64,000 bases of DNA from Somniosus microcephalus (GCA_052327205.1 CM126218.1:67952001-68016000), one strand, 5' to 3'. Shown: positions 50,640 through 64,000, numbered from the stretch's first letter. The notes: generated by a model not told the origin, from the letters alone. Made by a program: numbers and translations.

Positions 50640-51637
50640 TGCTGTTTCCCACAATGCCACATGCATGCAGTTAATGGCGTCCTGAGCCATGGGGAAGCCC
50701 GCTATCCTAGCAAAGCCACATGCGCGTTCACGCTGTTTGTCTCTGCTCACGGGGAAAGAGATGTACTCCCTTCTCCTTTGGTGTAGAGCATTTGTGACCT
50801 CCCGGATGCAACAATGGACGGCAAACTGGGAGATCTTCACAATATCCCCAGCTGAAGCCTGGAAGGAGCCGCTGGCATAGAAATTGAGAGCCACCGTCAC
50901 CTTCACTGCCATCAATAGGGACGTCCTGGTCCTGAGCTGAGGCTGCAGCTCTGGCTGCAGGAGGTGGCAGAGCTCTGTGACCACCTCCTTGCTGAAGCGG
51001 GGCCTTCTAAAACACTGCTCCTCGGGCAAATGAATGTAGGAGAATTGCTCCCGGAATACCCTGGGAGGGTAAGGTGCAGCGCCCTGTTGGTCCTCCTACC
51101 TCTGGCCACGTTTGCCACTCTCTCTCTGCTGCCTCTGAAGATGAAGCTGGAGAACGACGCCCCATGTTAGTACAGCCCCCATTTAATCTTCTAAATATGG
51201 TAGTAATAAAGCGAACAGAAATGGGAACCCGAAAAGTGTTGGTGAGGAACAAAACTCCTTGTAGGACAGCGTTAAATGTCTCTAGACGCCTCTCTCCCTC
51301 TCAACCTGTGTATGCAGAATATTTTACAGACAGAAAAAAGCAGGAAGCGCACGCCTTTAAATAGCGCTCCCCCAGCTCCCAGCCAATTGCAAAACGTCTC
51401 CCTCCACCTGTCAGCAGGCGCATAGGCAGGGGTCAAGAATCAATTTGCGGTCCAGGGCGCTACCGGGGCATTGCACGCTACGATGACGTCACGATCTTCG
51501 GGCGCAAGAGATCATGGCGGTAGTGTTTAGCGCCACCACAAACCGGCAGGTCAATTTTGTGGGCGGCGCGAAAATTGCCGTGATCAGGCGTTAAGTCGTT
51601 AGCGACCCCGAGGTGCTAACCAACTGAATTTTTCCCC
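50640..51637 (-). mobile_element. Truncated Harbinger: transposase N-terminal half and one end
   Basis: EEQCFRRPRFSKEVVTELCHLL...VTVALNFYASGSFQ is paralogous to 29544-29957. A TIR-like actgaatttttcccc lies at 51623-51637. Confidence 0.85.
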
Positions 51638-54600
51638 TTAAGAGCTGAAGCAAACCGCCACCCCAAGTAAGTAAAATAATCATTTCTCACGTGTGGTTAC
51701 AAACAACGGACCTCACCCAAATCTTATAAAATGGCGTTCCTATGCTGAAATGATCTCTCAGTTCCTGCTTATCCCAGACAGCCGCCTATATCGGAGTTGA
51801 CCATTTGCCATAGACGTCAATTACAAAGGCTCCACTTAAATCGTATTAAGCGGGTCGGCTATTTCGGTCAGTTAAAGCCATATTAGTTGTCATTAAGTCC
51901 TAATCTCTACCCCCACCGTGGCCTCTTGAACTGCTGCCACTGCTACGAGCTCTTCTTGCCGGCTTGTTAAGCTGGACACCTCCCGGCTCCATTTTAAATT
52001 TTGGAAAAAGAGGTTACAAAGGCCAATTTTTTTCCCCTCAAAATGAAAAAAATTGCAGTTAAGTATGATCCAATTTTTTAAAATAAAGAATTGAGGTGAC
52101 ACATTCCAGCTCCATTTTAAGTTGAGCGCCGCACCTGGCCCCTTTAACTTACCTTCCTACAGGCAGCTGACGGTTCTGGGGCTTTAATCGCAGCAAAGTT
52201 GACATTCAGCAGTTGTCAGTACAGCCTTTTGAATCACCCTCTGCAAGTGCTGAGCAGAACACCGGCCTCCACCACCTCACCATCATGTGTTTGTTACACC
52301 TGCCACCACATACAGCGAACAAATCGCGTTGACACTAATGCGCCCAAGGTAAGCAGTGGGGACTGTACTTCATAAAACAAGATGGTTCACTGGTGCTGGG
52401 TTGGAGTGGGGTTATGGAATACCGTCTAGGAAGGAAGCAAGGTAGTGTTGAAATGGTGGCAAGGTGAAGATAATGAATATGCTGGAGTTCTGCAGGATTA
52501 CCCTCAAGGGTTCAGGGAGCATTCAAAAAGAACTTTCCCTCAGATGATTCAATGGGTTTGGTAGAGTCAACAACAACTTGCATTTAGATAGCACCTTTAA
52601 CGTAGTAAAAACATCCCAAGGCGCTTCACAGGAGCATTATCAAACAAAATTTGACACCGAACCACATAGGACACCTGGCCAAAAGATTGGTCAAAGAGGT
52701 AGGTTTTAAAGAGTGTCTCAAAGGAGGAGAGGTAGAGAGGAGTCTGTGATTTGAGAAAGGAGTGAGGCAGATAGGCTGGATACTTCATGCGTTCTTATGC
52801 TCAGTTTCTTTTAAAGCTGCTGGCTGGATGACGACTTTGCATCCTGTTGTCCAGCCTGCCCTCATGAAAGCTTATTAGCATTCCTAAAAGAACAAATTAT
52901 GGAACAGAAACCTCAAAACACATCAACAGGTGGTTCATAAAAGATCACAGACAAAGATGATGCACCATCATTCTCTCACACCGCAGAAGGCCAATGGGCT
53001 ATGTGCTTTACTAATGGAATATTAAAACATTAATAATTTCATTTTTTCATCTATGTGTCACTTACCATATCCCACCCAGCCAGTGAGCGGGAAAGTAACA
53101 AGCCCCCAGGTCCATATCATTGCCACCTAGATTGTTTACTCGAGGAAGGCTTTTAACGTAACTGGGGCAATTTTCTCTCCCTCCCTAGAAGCAGCACCTG
53201 GTTAGCACAGTGGAGTACTTAACCTGCATCCTGCTCCTCTTCAGCTAGGGCAGTGGGAGATAAACCACTCATCCACTCCTCTGTGCAGAGTTAGCCTCAA
53301 ACTGCTACCCACCACGGACTCCTCTACCTGAATCATAATCATGAAAAACATTTCACCCAATGAAGGACCATCAGAAGGTACAATGCAAGTAGGTGAATAT
53401 GTACAAGGCCATTTGGCTTTAGAATGTTGCTTCACGCACCACTGACCCACCCTCTCATTTCTTATGTCTATTATAAAGAGGACACAGGAAACTTCTCCAC
53501 TGGCTTCAATTTGACGGTTGCAGTTCATTTTAGGGTTGTTTATCTGGGTCTCGTCTATAGCATATGTTTAGCTGTGCTTTTTTGGAATTTGAGTTTGTGA
53601 GCTGGAATGGTTATGTATATACAAACATGCCTGTGTATTCTCGGGCAGATCCAGCCCGTCTGTCTGAGCTGCAAGAACTGCTGACTAGGTAATATTCATG
53701 CTGTTCAAAAGGAGGATGAACAGCTGCAATCTGTTAACTTTGGGGAGGAAAAAAATAATTATCAGCAAACTGCACCACATCACATATTCCTGAAAGAGGA
53801 TCAGGATTTCAAAGTAGAGCTTGGGACAGAAGCGGTTTGTTGGTTTTCACGGTTCAATTATTTTCCAAATTATACATTTGCTTACAGTTGCATTTTTCTA
53901 AGCAGTGCAGGTGGTGTTCTTTAATAGAAAGTGTTTACATTGGAGTAAGTCTGTCATCGTATTTACTGTCAATCAAGGCTCAAATTCAAGTACAGTGTTG
54001 CAATGCTTAAATACACCAAGAGGATTGGTAGGACACACCTTGTGCCTCTTCGCCAGACTCTACACGCAACCAGAGTTCATCTTCTCAGCAAGAAATTCAA
54101 GGCGACTGACAGACAAAGGGAAGGCGGCGGACAAAGGGTGACTGAACCAGAAGTGGTGTCATGGAGGCTGTCTCGGAACTGCCCAGAGAGTTGTCTAGGA
54201 GCTGCCCAGAGAGTAGCAGTGGCACATGTCTGTCAAGGAAGCCCCTCAGCTAAGCTTGGGAGAGGGCGAAGGTTTTGGGTTGATAATTAATTTGTATCTT
54301 TGGAATTTCAGCTCTCATTGTATATATTTACACACAAGCTCAAGGCTCTCCCATTATGACCCAACACAAGGACATAACCCCAACTCCTATCTGCTTCCCT
54401 AAATACCATGCAACAGAAACACAGTAATACATGTAGAAGCTGTTTAAAGAAAATAACTCTTGGGGAAAATAATAGATCTCAACCAGCATAGTTGTCCTTT
54501 TGGGCAGTCTCAGTTCCTGAACAGCAAACCCCCAAACATTCCACTGCACTACTGCCATATTTTCGGGTGGCAGAGCACATCTTGCAGCAGGTTCAGTAAT

Positions 54601-54670
54601 TGTGGCCACACCTGCCTGGCAATACAATGCATCCTGACTTTGTCAGATTCACCAGGAAATTCCCAGATAC

Positions 54671-55224
54671 CCCCCATCCCAGGAACCAGTCTGGTGAACC
54701 TTCATTGCACGCCCTCTATGGCAAGTATATCCTTCATTATGTAAGGAGACCAAAACTGTACAACAATACTCCAGGTGTGGTCTCACCAGGGCCCTGTATA
54801 ATTGCAGTACTGATACTGTAAATTGTTAAGAGAGGTTGAATAGACTAGGCCTATATTCTCTAGAGTTTAGAAGAATGAGAGGTGATCTCATTGAAACATA
54901 CAAAATTCTTACAGGGCGTGACAGGGTAGATTCAGGGAGGATGTTTCCCCTGGCTGGGGAGTCTAGAACCAGGAGTGTCAATCTCAGAATAAGGGGCCGG
55001 CCATTTAGGACTGAGATGAGGAGAATTTTCTTCACAGAGGGCTGTGGAGGCTCAGTCGTTGAGTATATTCAAGACAGAGATCGATGGATTTTAGAATATT
55101 AAGGAATCAAGGGATATGGGGATAGTGCAGGAAAGTGGGGATGAGGTAGAAGATCAGCCATGATCTTATTGAATGGCGGAGCAGGCTCAAAGGGCCTACT
55201 CCTGCTCCTATTTCTGATGTTCTT
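54671..55224 (+). mobile_element. CR1 3' fragment with a 5' inversion
   Basis: 54671-54809 is CR1 ORF2 on the minus strand. 54828-55224 is the immediately following CR1 sequence on the plus strand. Confidence 0.85.
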
Positions 55225-58200
55225 ATCTCCTTGTCTGGCACTCCAAACAATAATCCACCGGAAGAGGGCAATAAAAATAAGGATTTGGGGATGAGTACCG
55301 AAGAAACCCTGAAAGCATCTAATCAATAGAAGCAGTTATTAATAAGGTAAATCAGATACTGGAGTGCATCTGGGCAGCATTGGATTACGGGTCAGAATAC
55401 ATCCTGCTTCACTCCAAGTCCCACTCGCCATCATCCCCGACAGACATTTGTTCCCCAATCTCCAATACATTAAATTTTAAATCCTTGTACATGTCTTTAA
55501 TCACTCCTTTGCCTCACCCCACGCTGCGATCGCTTCCAGGTCTAAACACCTCACTCGAGCACTGCGTTGCAGTGAATCTGCCCTCTCCCTTTGTCCCACC
55601 ATAGGCAGTTGATGCTACTCCTGGAACCCCTCAGCTTCCCTCTTCCACTTTAAAAACTCCCAAAACCCATCTCTTTGATCGCCCTTTCTAACCGCTCCAT
55701 TTATGGCTAATACCAGTTTTCCATGTGCCTTTCTGTGAAACACCGTGGGACATTTTTTGTTAAAGATGCTATATAGGTACACGTTGATATTATATTGACT
55801 TTAAACAAAATGATGATGCGGTCAGTTCTGGAATGAAGCATGCAATCTTGATCACACTATCTCGAAAGGTACACATTAGAAAACGTTCAGAGAACTGAGA
55901 GAAGAATGATTCCAGACCTTGGAAGACTAAATGGTCAGGAAAGGCTCAAACAACTGAAAGTTGATTTGCTGAAAAAAGGACAACTGAGGGAAGCTGGGAG
56001 AACATAATGCCAGTCTTGAGAATAATGAAAAGCTATAAATAACATTGAAGTAGGCTATCTACTTATTTTCAATAACAAAATCTAAAGTCTTGAGTACGGT
56101 TAGAGATTAGAAAAAAATCGTCCCCTCTGCCCACCTCCTGTGATAACATATCTATGTGGAGCAGACTTCCAGAGAAGGGAGTTGATTCATGGTCAACTGC
56201 GATAGGACAAATATACATAGATTGGCTTAGAAGTGGGATTGATGGACTGAACAGCCTTTTATTGTTTAGGATTTAATCCATACAAAGTCAGAATGTGCAA
56301 AATGAACTTTGCAACCTGTGTTATATCGAGACAACTGAATGGCAAGGAGTGGATAAGACAGAAACCAAATCAAAAGGTGCTTAAATGCCATAAAATCTTG
56401 AATGGTTTGTCATCTGAATCTGGTCTTTGAATTACTATCCAGTGTTTGCTTTAAATATTCTTTTTAAAACCTCCGTCACGTTTCTGCTGCTGAGTGATTT
56501 TGCAGACGAACCCAGAGACATTAGGTTCTTTCAAACAGTTTTAAAATATTTTATGGATAAGATTTATTTTAAGGGATTACTAAAGTTTGAAACTTTAATC
56601 AGAATATCTGTGAGAGGCTGCATGTTCAACGGGTCATTCGATTGCTGTAATTCTACTTCATCATTAATATTCTGCTTTCCACATTTACAACAAAGTGTGT
56701 GTAATTTGAGGACATTCAATACCGGGGGTTAAACTATGTCAAACGCACAAAGGGTTGAATTTTAATTGGTGTATCATGGGCTGACAGCAAGAAATGCAAT
56801 TGTGTTATACTACAAAAGTGTGCATGTGTCGTTCAAAGGCAAATTGACCTCATTCAGTCTTCTACCCCTCCTCCCTCACCACAAGATATATAAAAAAAAA
56901 GAATTATTGGCAAATGAAAGGCACAGATGTGTGACTCCTAAATCCCTATTTTCCATGACTCAGGGAAAATACAGTCTTTCAATCTCCTACAAGCTGTGAA
57001 AGTGGCATGCACAGATTTCAATTCCAAAATTATGGGACAGGGATTATGCACAATTGGGGGGGGGGGGGGTGTGGAGAAAGAGAGGCAAGTTTTAACAGGA
57101 ACTAAATTTTGTTCATCAAAAAAAAGTCAAGGTTTTTTCTTATGCGTCTTCATCGAAAATGCATTAAATGAACAGCTTTTACTTTGAACAAAGTGGCCTT
57201 TATACGAATCACTTTACAAGTCAGCTTTGTAACATTCAGAAACACCACCAGATTCTTAATAGGTGCTATTATATTAACTGTGATGCTGTCAATGCCCAAT
57301 GGTTGAAAGAGGTGGAGGCGTCTCCTCCCAAGCAGTTGACAGTACCACCTCGTATAAACTGTCCGGCCTACCTACGTCCGGCACCAGTGATGGCCCATTT
57401 TATCATGATTCTTGACCACTCAATGGATCCACCTGACTAGTGTCAGACTTCAAATGCAAGAACAGGAGGTTGATGTAGGGAGGTATTTTTTGGCATTGCT
57501 CTCCCAGGACTCAGGCTGCACTAAGCCACACTGTAAATACCTTTTACTACAGCTTAGACTGTTCTGCCATTACAAGCATCCCACTCCCCATTCCAAAAAA
57601 AGTTGTAAACATCTGAAGTGGTGGGATGAGTTGGTGGTTGAACAGAGGCAAGAGCATTTTGGCATGAAAATTCTTTTGGGGCGCCAATGTATTCTCAACA
57701 ATTGTAAACATTGTGCGATTCGATTTGGTTTAAGTGCCTGATGTGTGGTAGGCTGCAGGGCAGACACATTTAAATTGTGGAAAAACTCAAATTATTACAA
57801 TGCTTGAAAAGACACAATGATGATCTGCTGTTACCCACATACTGTAAAGCAGTAGTGGGGCTAAGCGTACAAATTTATGGGGGGGGGGGGGGGGCGGTGC
57901 GGCGGCAGAGGGAACACTTCTAAATATGCAGTGTTTGCACCTGTACACTTCTTAGTGAATGAGTGACAACAGATTCCCATTGGTCTGTCACAGGTTAATG
58001 TATTAATTTTGTTTGCATAAGCAGACCGTTTAATCTCAAGTGTGGGTCCAGCATATATCTATCCCTTCAAAGAAATTAAATGTTATGTAGTATTACCTAT
58101 TACCATAACATTCAACCCATCAATATCATAACTGTCCTTTAAGTGACAATTCCACATGCAGCACTTGTATCAGACACATTAAATTGGTCCCTTAACCGAC

Positions 58201-59355
58201 ATTCCAACATGACACAAATATGATTAGCATCATGTAATATGCTCTTTCCCACATTAGATGTCCCTTGAATGCCATAAAACTACAATGTAGTCAAAAGCTG
58301 CTTTTTTTTATTTTAAGAAATCCTTTGGTCCCCAGTAAATTCTTTGTACATCAAGTTCAGTGATGCCAAGACTGGGACATGTAAGATTTCCCACTTCAGG
58401 CACTTGGCATCAGCAGCAAGCACTCCCGAGTCAGCTATAGCACAGTGTAGGTCCCGCCGTTCTGCCCCAATTTAACAGCATCCTCAAGTGAACCAGTGAG
58501 ACATCTTCCACGGCAGCAGCCATCCTGTGACATCCGAGTAAGAATTCCCATTAGCTGCAGCTTTCTGTTCTTGCACCCCACCCCCCTCCGCCAACACCCC
58601 CCGCCCACTCGGAGATAGGTTGAAGCTGCTCAAACCTGCAGCCGGCACACCGACATCTTCACCAGATGCATGGTTGGTATTTCCTCACCACAGATAATGT
58701 GACTTGAATTCAGAACTTAACAGAAATGTAAACTGGTACACGCAACCAGGCTCAGTAACAAGGTGGTAGTGAATAGTGATCAGCATAAAAGAGGAAAGCA
58801 AAGTTGCATTTACATGGTCCGGGTGTAACCTCTGGTTAATAGAGATCCATCTAATCTACACTACTGTAGATGTTTTCACTGTTAAAACACAGATTCATGT
58901 TTTTAAAGACATACTGATGCAATTTTGTTGAATTGATTAACCTAATCATACCAGCTCCATCTTCTTCATAGGGTGTCAGCCTTGGCTCAGTGGGTAGCAC
59001 TCTCGCCTCAGAGTCAGACTTGAGCAGATAATCTAGGCTGACACTGCCAGTGCAGTACGGAGGGAGCGCGTATGCAAAAGTGATGTTCTGGCTGGAGGAA
59101 AACCAAGTTTAGGGTTTTAAAACCCTGCAAATTGTACAAGATAAGGGAAGACTGAGGAGGCAAGGAGTTTGACAGTTTGAGGTCCTGGGAAAGAAATAAG
59201 CAGGAAACAGTGAAATTAGTTGCTTTTTCAATCCAGGTGCAAGGAGAAGGAAGTGAAAGTAGGTCAATTTATTTGAGGCTTATGAGGAACTAAACAGGAA
59301 CATTCAGAGGGCTAATAATCACAGTAGTTACAATAAAATCGAAAAAGGCAAGCAG

Positions 59356-59423
59356 CAACGTTCCCTTTAAGCTGCGTGGTCCCAAAGGGGCTGCGCACCC
59401 AAAAAAAATTAACGTGAACATTG
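59356..59423. mobile_element. 68-bp hAT-type MITE
   Basis: TIRs CAACGTTC / GAACATTG and a perfect 8-bp TSD GCAAGCAG. Confidence 0.8.
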
Positions 59424-59587
59424 GCAAGCAGGATTGTGAGGGAGAAAGAATGAGTGGGGTGCTATGGAAGAGCAGAGGGATTCAGGGTCATAAGACATGA
59501 AACCAGCAGCTCAAGTAGATAAGGTCATTAAAAGCGCTAAGGGAATAATATTGGGGTTGTTGTCTTCAGTGCCTGAGCATTGAGAGA

Positions 59588-59985
59588 TCAGCTATGGCTC
59601 AGTGGCTAGCACTCTTGTGCCGGAGTTAGAAAGTTGTAGGTTCAAGCCCTACTCTAGAAACTTGAGCACCAAATCTAGGCTGACACTCCCAGTGCAGCAC
59701 TGCGAGAGAGCTGCACTGTCTGAGGTATCCGCCTTTCGGATGAGACTTCTGCCCCTTCAGGTAGATGTAAAAGATCCCATCCTATTTCGAAGAGGAGCAG
59801 GGTAGTTGTCCCATGCCCTGGCCAATATTTATCCCTCAACCAACTTCACTAATAAAATTTTTTATCTGGTAATGATCACCTTGCTGTGTGCAAATTGGCT
59901 GCCGTGTTTCCTATATTACAACAGTGACTACACTTCAAAAGTACTTTATTAGCTGTAAAAGGTCCAGAGGTTGTGAAAGGCGCCA
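59588..59985 (+). mobile_element. tRNA-derived SINE (SacSINE1-like)
   Basis: Colinear with 8618-9063. Confidence 0.82.
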
Positions 59986-61142
59986 CAGGAAACTTTCTGG
60001 TATCCGGCACTGACGGGACCGAGCTGGTGCCGGTTGATCAAAACTGCCGGAGAAACCAGCGCTAATGTTAAAACATACGGAGCTTCTGAGCTCCGTGTGA
60101 AGCAACAAACCCTGTTGCTTAACAACAGCTTCAAAACAGTCGGCATAGCTTGCAAGCGTCTCTGTAGCTAAGCAACAGCTTCAGCTAGGCCTTGCAGAGC
60201 CACGACTGGAGAAAAAAAGCAACGAGAAGTAAAAAAACTTATCTGAACCGACTCCTGAAGTTTCCTGTATATAAATGCATTCTTCCCCACCCCCCCCCCC
60301 CCACCCCCTTTGGCCGCTGATTGGGCAGGCGAATCACATGTTTTTTGTTGAACCAGCCTGATTTTCATTCCATTGAAATTGCGCTGAGCTGCCTGTTTCT
60401 GTGTTGTAAACTCTCTGCAATTCTATGTTAGAAATGAGGGGAGGATCCTAAGCTGTTACTTGTATCCTGTTCAGAAGGGCTAGAAAAATATCAGAAGAGC
60501 TACCCAGATATGGGGCAGTATTTAATCTTGGATAAACCTGAGCTTTAGAGAGCTCATAGTTGTTGAAAAGAAAAGAAATACTTTGTACAAAAGGAAGAAA
60601 CCAAGTCCCTTGGAGGCATTAGCACTGGAAGAGATGCGGGAGCTCAATTTGAATTCAGAGGATATAATGAGGGCACGATACCCGTTGTTTAGACTTGGGA
60701 AGACATAAAAAACTGTTTCTTCAAAGAATTAGGTGAGATTTCCATTGCCCCAAAGGGCTTGAAAGAGATCAAAATGTAACGATTCAGAAACTGCACTGTG
60801 AGGAATGAAGGCCAACTGAGCATATGATCTGAAGGAAGTTGGTGAATGCAGAATGAAAGCATTAGCAAGAGAATAGATAGGGACAGTTGACAAATGATGA
60901 AGGGAGAGGGTCATTGAGATGGAGAAGAAAAAGAGAGGCAGAGTGAAAGGGAACAGAACCCAAGGAACCCCTGAGATGATGGGGGTGGTGGGGTGCGGAG
61001 GGGGAGAAGAGAGAAATGTCAAGATAATGAACTAACTACTACAGCAGAGACAGAGAAAGATTTGAGGAGAAACCAGATGGTCGTAATCAGAACTTTGGTG
61101 CAAGACAATGTAGTGGTAACTTGTTTAGAAATGCACGTTACT

Positions 61143-61662
61143 AACAATTTGCATTTATATAGCGCCGTTAATGTAGAAAAACATCTCCAGGTGCTTTTCA
61201 GAATTGTAATGAGACAAAAATTGACACCAAGCCAGAGAAGAAAATATTGGCGGGGTGACTAAAAGCTTGGTCAGAGGTAGGTTTTAAGGATGATCTTAAA
61301 GAAGGAGAAAAAGGTGTCGAGACAGAGGGGTTTAGGGAAGGAATTCCAGAGTCTAGGGCCTAGACAGCTGAAGGCACGGCTGCCAATGGTGAGGCGAAGG
61401 GGGTGGATGCACAAGAGGCCAGAATTGAGGGTTGCAGGGCTCAAGGAGGTTACAGAGTTAAGGAGGGGAAGAGGTCGTGAAGGGACAAGGTTAAGAATTT
61501 TAAATTGGAGGCGTTTTGGACGGGAACCAATGTAGGTGAGCGTGATGGTGCAAATTAGGATACAGGCAACAGAGTTTTGGATGAGCTCAAGTTTAAAGAG
61601 GATGGAAGTCCAGCCAGGAAAGCATTAAAATAGTTGAGCCTGGAGGTGACAAAGGCATGGAT
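61143..61662 (-). mobile_element. L2-clade LINE 3' fragment
   Basis: Begins with the reverse complement of the tail shared with the SINEs (ttgcatttatatagcgcc), followed by L2-like ORF2 sequence (ggaattccaga...tttaaattggaggcg). Confidence 0.7.
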
Positions 61663-62042
61663 GATTACATAAGATTACATAGGATATACGGCACAGAAAC
61701 AGGCTATTCGGTCCAACCAGTCCATGCTGGCGTTTATGCTCCACTCGAGCCTCCTCCCGTCTTTCATTATCTAAATCTATCAGCATAACCCTTGTGGTGA
61801 TTATTCTTTATGTTAGTAAGAAGTATTGTGATTGGTTGTTTGTTTCCTGCCTTGGGATATATGCTGTAATCTCATTGGTAGTTGATGTCATGTGATTTGT
61901 GGTGGCCATCTTAAATTCTGTTCTTTCTAGCTTTGGTTGGGACCGGGTGTGGAAAGATGTGCTACAGGATTTTAAAGTTAATAAAGCCTAGATTAGAAAG
62001 GCAAATCTATTCTTTATTTCAATTTATTAACTTTATGTCAGA

Positions 62043-63194
62043 ATGGAGCGATATCTTGAACCAGAACGATTCAATGCTGACCCTAATTCTGCTGGAGTGG
62101 ATGATAAATGGAAACACTGGTATTGTACATTTAAAAACTTTTTGGGCGTGTTGGATCAAGAGTCTCTAAATAAGTTGAACATGATCAACTACATTGCTCC
62201 GGATGTGTATAAGTATATTTTGGACTGTAAAACTTACGAAGTGGCTATTTCTACATTGGAAAAGATTTTTGTTAAACCAAAGAATGAGGTATTTGCACGT
62301 CACCTTCTATCTGCCCGTAGGCAGCAGGTGGGAGAATCTTTGGATACTTATTTACAAGCACTTCGGTGCCTTAGTGTTAACTGTAATTATAAGGCCGTGA
62401 CGGCTGAAGAATATAAGGAAGAATCGGTACGGGATGCTTTTATTAATGGATTACTGTCTAGATCAATTCGTCAGCGGTTGTTAGAAAATAAGACTTGGGA
62501 TCTTAAGAGTGCTTTTGAGCAAGCTTCTACATTGGATGTGGCTCAGAGAAGTTCGGATTCTTATGCTCTTTTTAATCGGCCTGCGACTGTGGTTTCGGCA
62601 GTTCCGGATGAAAAGGAATTATGTGGACTTAATAGGAGTGGTTTACTAGATTCTGAAACAGTTTCTACTTCGGCGGCTGTTGCCTCTAGGATTCAGAAGT
62701 GTTATTTTTGTGGGAACGTCCGGCACCCTCGTCTGAAGTGTCCTGCTCGGGAGGCTGTGTGTAGTAAATGCGGCAAGAGAGGTCATTACGCACGTGTGTG
62801 TAAATCAGCAGGTTCAATTACCTCCTCTGTGACTATTCAGCCTTTAGATAGGGCGTTTATTGCATCAATTTCTGCTGCATTTGCTCATGGCCTAAACAAA
62901 GCTATAGTTACGGCCCAAGTTAATGGGTTGGAAGTGAAGGCCCTTATAGATACGGGCAGTACCGAGAGTTTTTTAAGTCTTCAGTTTGCGAAGGAGAAGC
63001 ATTTGAAAATTTCGCCTGTTACGTATCAGGTGTGTATGGCTCCGACGACTCTCACTTCACAAGTAGCTGGTTGTTGCCTTGTGAAATTGATTCTTCTAGG
63101 TAATACGTATACTGATATACGCCAATCTGTTTTGCCTAATCTCTGTGCGGATATTTTGATTGGTCATGATGTGCTTCAGTTACACGAGTCTTAG
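62043..63194 (+). CDS. gag: Gypsy Gag and aspartic protease
   Basis: 383 aa with two CCHC knuckles (CYFCGNVRHPRLKC, CSKCGKRGHYARVC) and protease motifs LIDTGS and ILIGHD. Confidence 0.93.
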   Translation: MERYLEPERFNADPNSAGVDDKWKHWYCTFKNFLGVLDQESLNKLNMINYIAPDVYKYILDCKTYEVAISTLEKIFVKPKNEVFARHLLSARRQQVGESLDTYLQALRCLSVNCNYKAVTAEEYKEESVRDAFINGLLSRSIRQRLLENKTWDLKSAFEQASTLDVAQRSSDSYALFNRPATVVSAVPDEKELCGLNRSGLLDSETVSTSAAVASRIQKCYFCGNVRHPRLKCPAREAVCSKCGKRGHYARVCKSAGSITSSVTIQPLDRAFIASISAAFAHGLNKAIVTAQVNGLEVKALIDTGSTESFLSLQFAKEKHLKISPVTYQVCMAPTTLTSQVAGCCLVKLILLGNTYTDIRQSVLPNLCADILIGHDVLQLHES

Positions 63195-63999
63195 TCTTTC
63201 ATTTGGAGGGACTAAGCCACCTTTATCTATTTGTGGATTAACCTCTTTATCCATTTCTCCATTATCACTTTTTTCCAATTTGATGCCGGATTGTAAGCCA
63301 ATTGCTACCAAGTCAAGAAGGTATAGCAGTCAGGATAGAGAATTTATTAATTCTGAAGTTCAACGTCTCTTATTGGAAGGAATCATTGAACCTAGTTGTT
63401 CGCCTTGGCGAGCACAGGTAGTTGTCACGACTAACGAGAGACATAAGAAACGAATGGTGATAGACTATTCCCAAACTATTAATAGGTATACTCAATTAGA
63501 TGCGTACCCCTTGCCTAAGATTGATGAGCTTATCAACAAAGTATCTCAGTATAAGGTTTTTAGCACTATTGACTTAAAGAGTGCTTATCATCAGATTCCT
63601 ATTGTTGAGAAGGATCAACCATATACGGCCTTTGAGGCTGGTGGAAAGCTGTATCAGTTTTGCCGAATACCATTTGGTGTTACTAATGGTGTTGCTTGTT
63701 TTCAACGGGCAATGGATGCTTTTATAAGTGATAACTCTCTCTCTGACACCTTTTCATACTTAGATGACATCACAGTGTGTGGCAAATCAAGGGTGGAGCA
63801 TGATTCTAATTTAAAAAGATTCCTTGAAGCTGCGGAAAAAGTTGGTTTAACTTTTAATAAAGAGAAGTGTATCTTTTCGACCACTGAGGTAAATCTATTG
63901 GGGTATATTATCTCGGGAAACAAGATTAAACCAGATCCAGAACGTCTGCGACCATTGATTGATTTACCTTGTCCTACTAATTCTAAGGCTTTGCAATGA
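63185..63999 (+). CDS. pol: Gypsy reverse transcriptase, in a shifted frame relative to gag-pro
   Basis: IIEPSCSPWRAQVVV, RMVIDY, DAYPLPKI, IDLKSAYHQI, PFGVTN and YLDD. Confidence 0.93.
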
Positions 64000-64000
64000 G

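Larger units (their letters stand above)
61793..64000 (+). mobile_element. Gypsy LTR retrotransposon (probably Mag-group), 5' part
   Basis: A putative LTR starts at TG 61793 with AATAAA at about 61980, followed by gag-protease-RT. It is inserted into a CR1 3' fragment and runs off the window. Confidence 0.9.

Noticed and set aside
53060-57440. Candidate upstream minus-strand exons near 53067-53127, 54040-54105 and 57371-57431
   Set aside because: Weak splice sites or in-frame stops, and no homology to choose among them.
57878-57895. Poly-G and poly-C runs as G-quadruplex elements
   Set aside because: Simple homopolymers recur throughout the window, with no sign of function.
63175-63200. Programmed ribosomal frameshift between protease and RT
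   Set aside because: No slippery heptamer. Loss of 2 nt from a GAGAG run (LHE-SLSLSFGG) explains it more simply.

Overview
This is eukaryotic, repeat-dense DNA, most likely from a cartilaginous fish (shark-type CR1 LINEs, SacSINE1/DeuSINE-like SINEs, Poseidon-type Penelope-like elements). Much of it is probably intronic sequence of a minus-strand host gene: three putative phase-compatible exons lie at 46722-46911, 15682-15726 and 7367-7417, but I do not recognise the protein. Mobile elements include a full-length but disabled two-gene PIF/Harbinger transposon (26248-30435), several Harbinger derivatives and MITEs, hAT MITEs, CR1/RTE/L2 LINE pieces, Penelope-like copies carrying minimal hammerhead ribozymes, a putative solo LTR, and the 5' part of a young Gypsy element running off the right edge. 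The least explained sequence is a Harbinger-TIR MITE family with covarying hairpins and conserved splice-site arrays, and a cluster of three foldbacks at 38.2-40.5 kb, including a ~775 bp palindrome of unknown origin. All alignments were done by eye and no searches were run.
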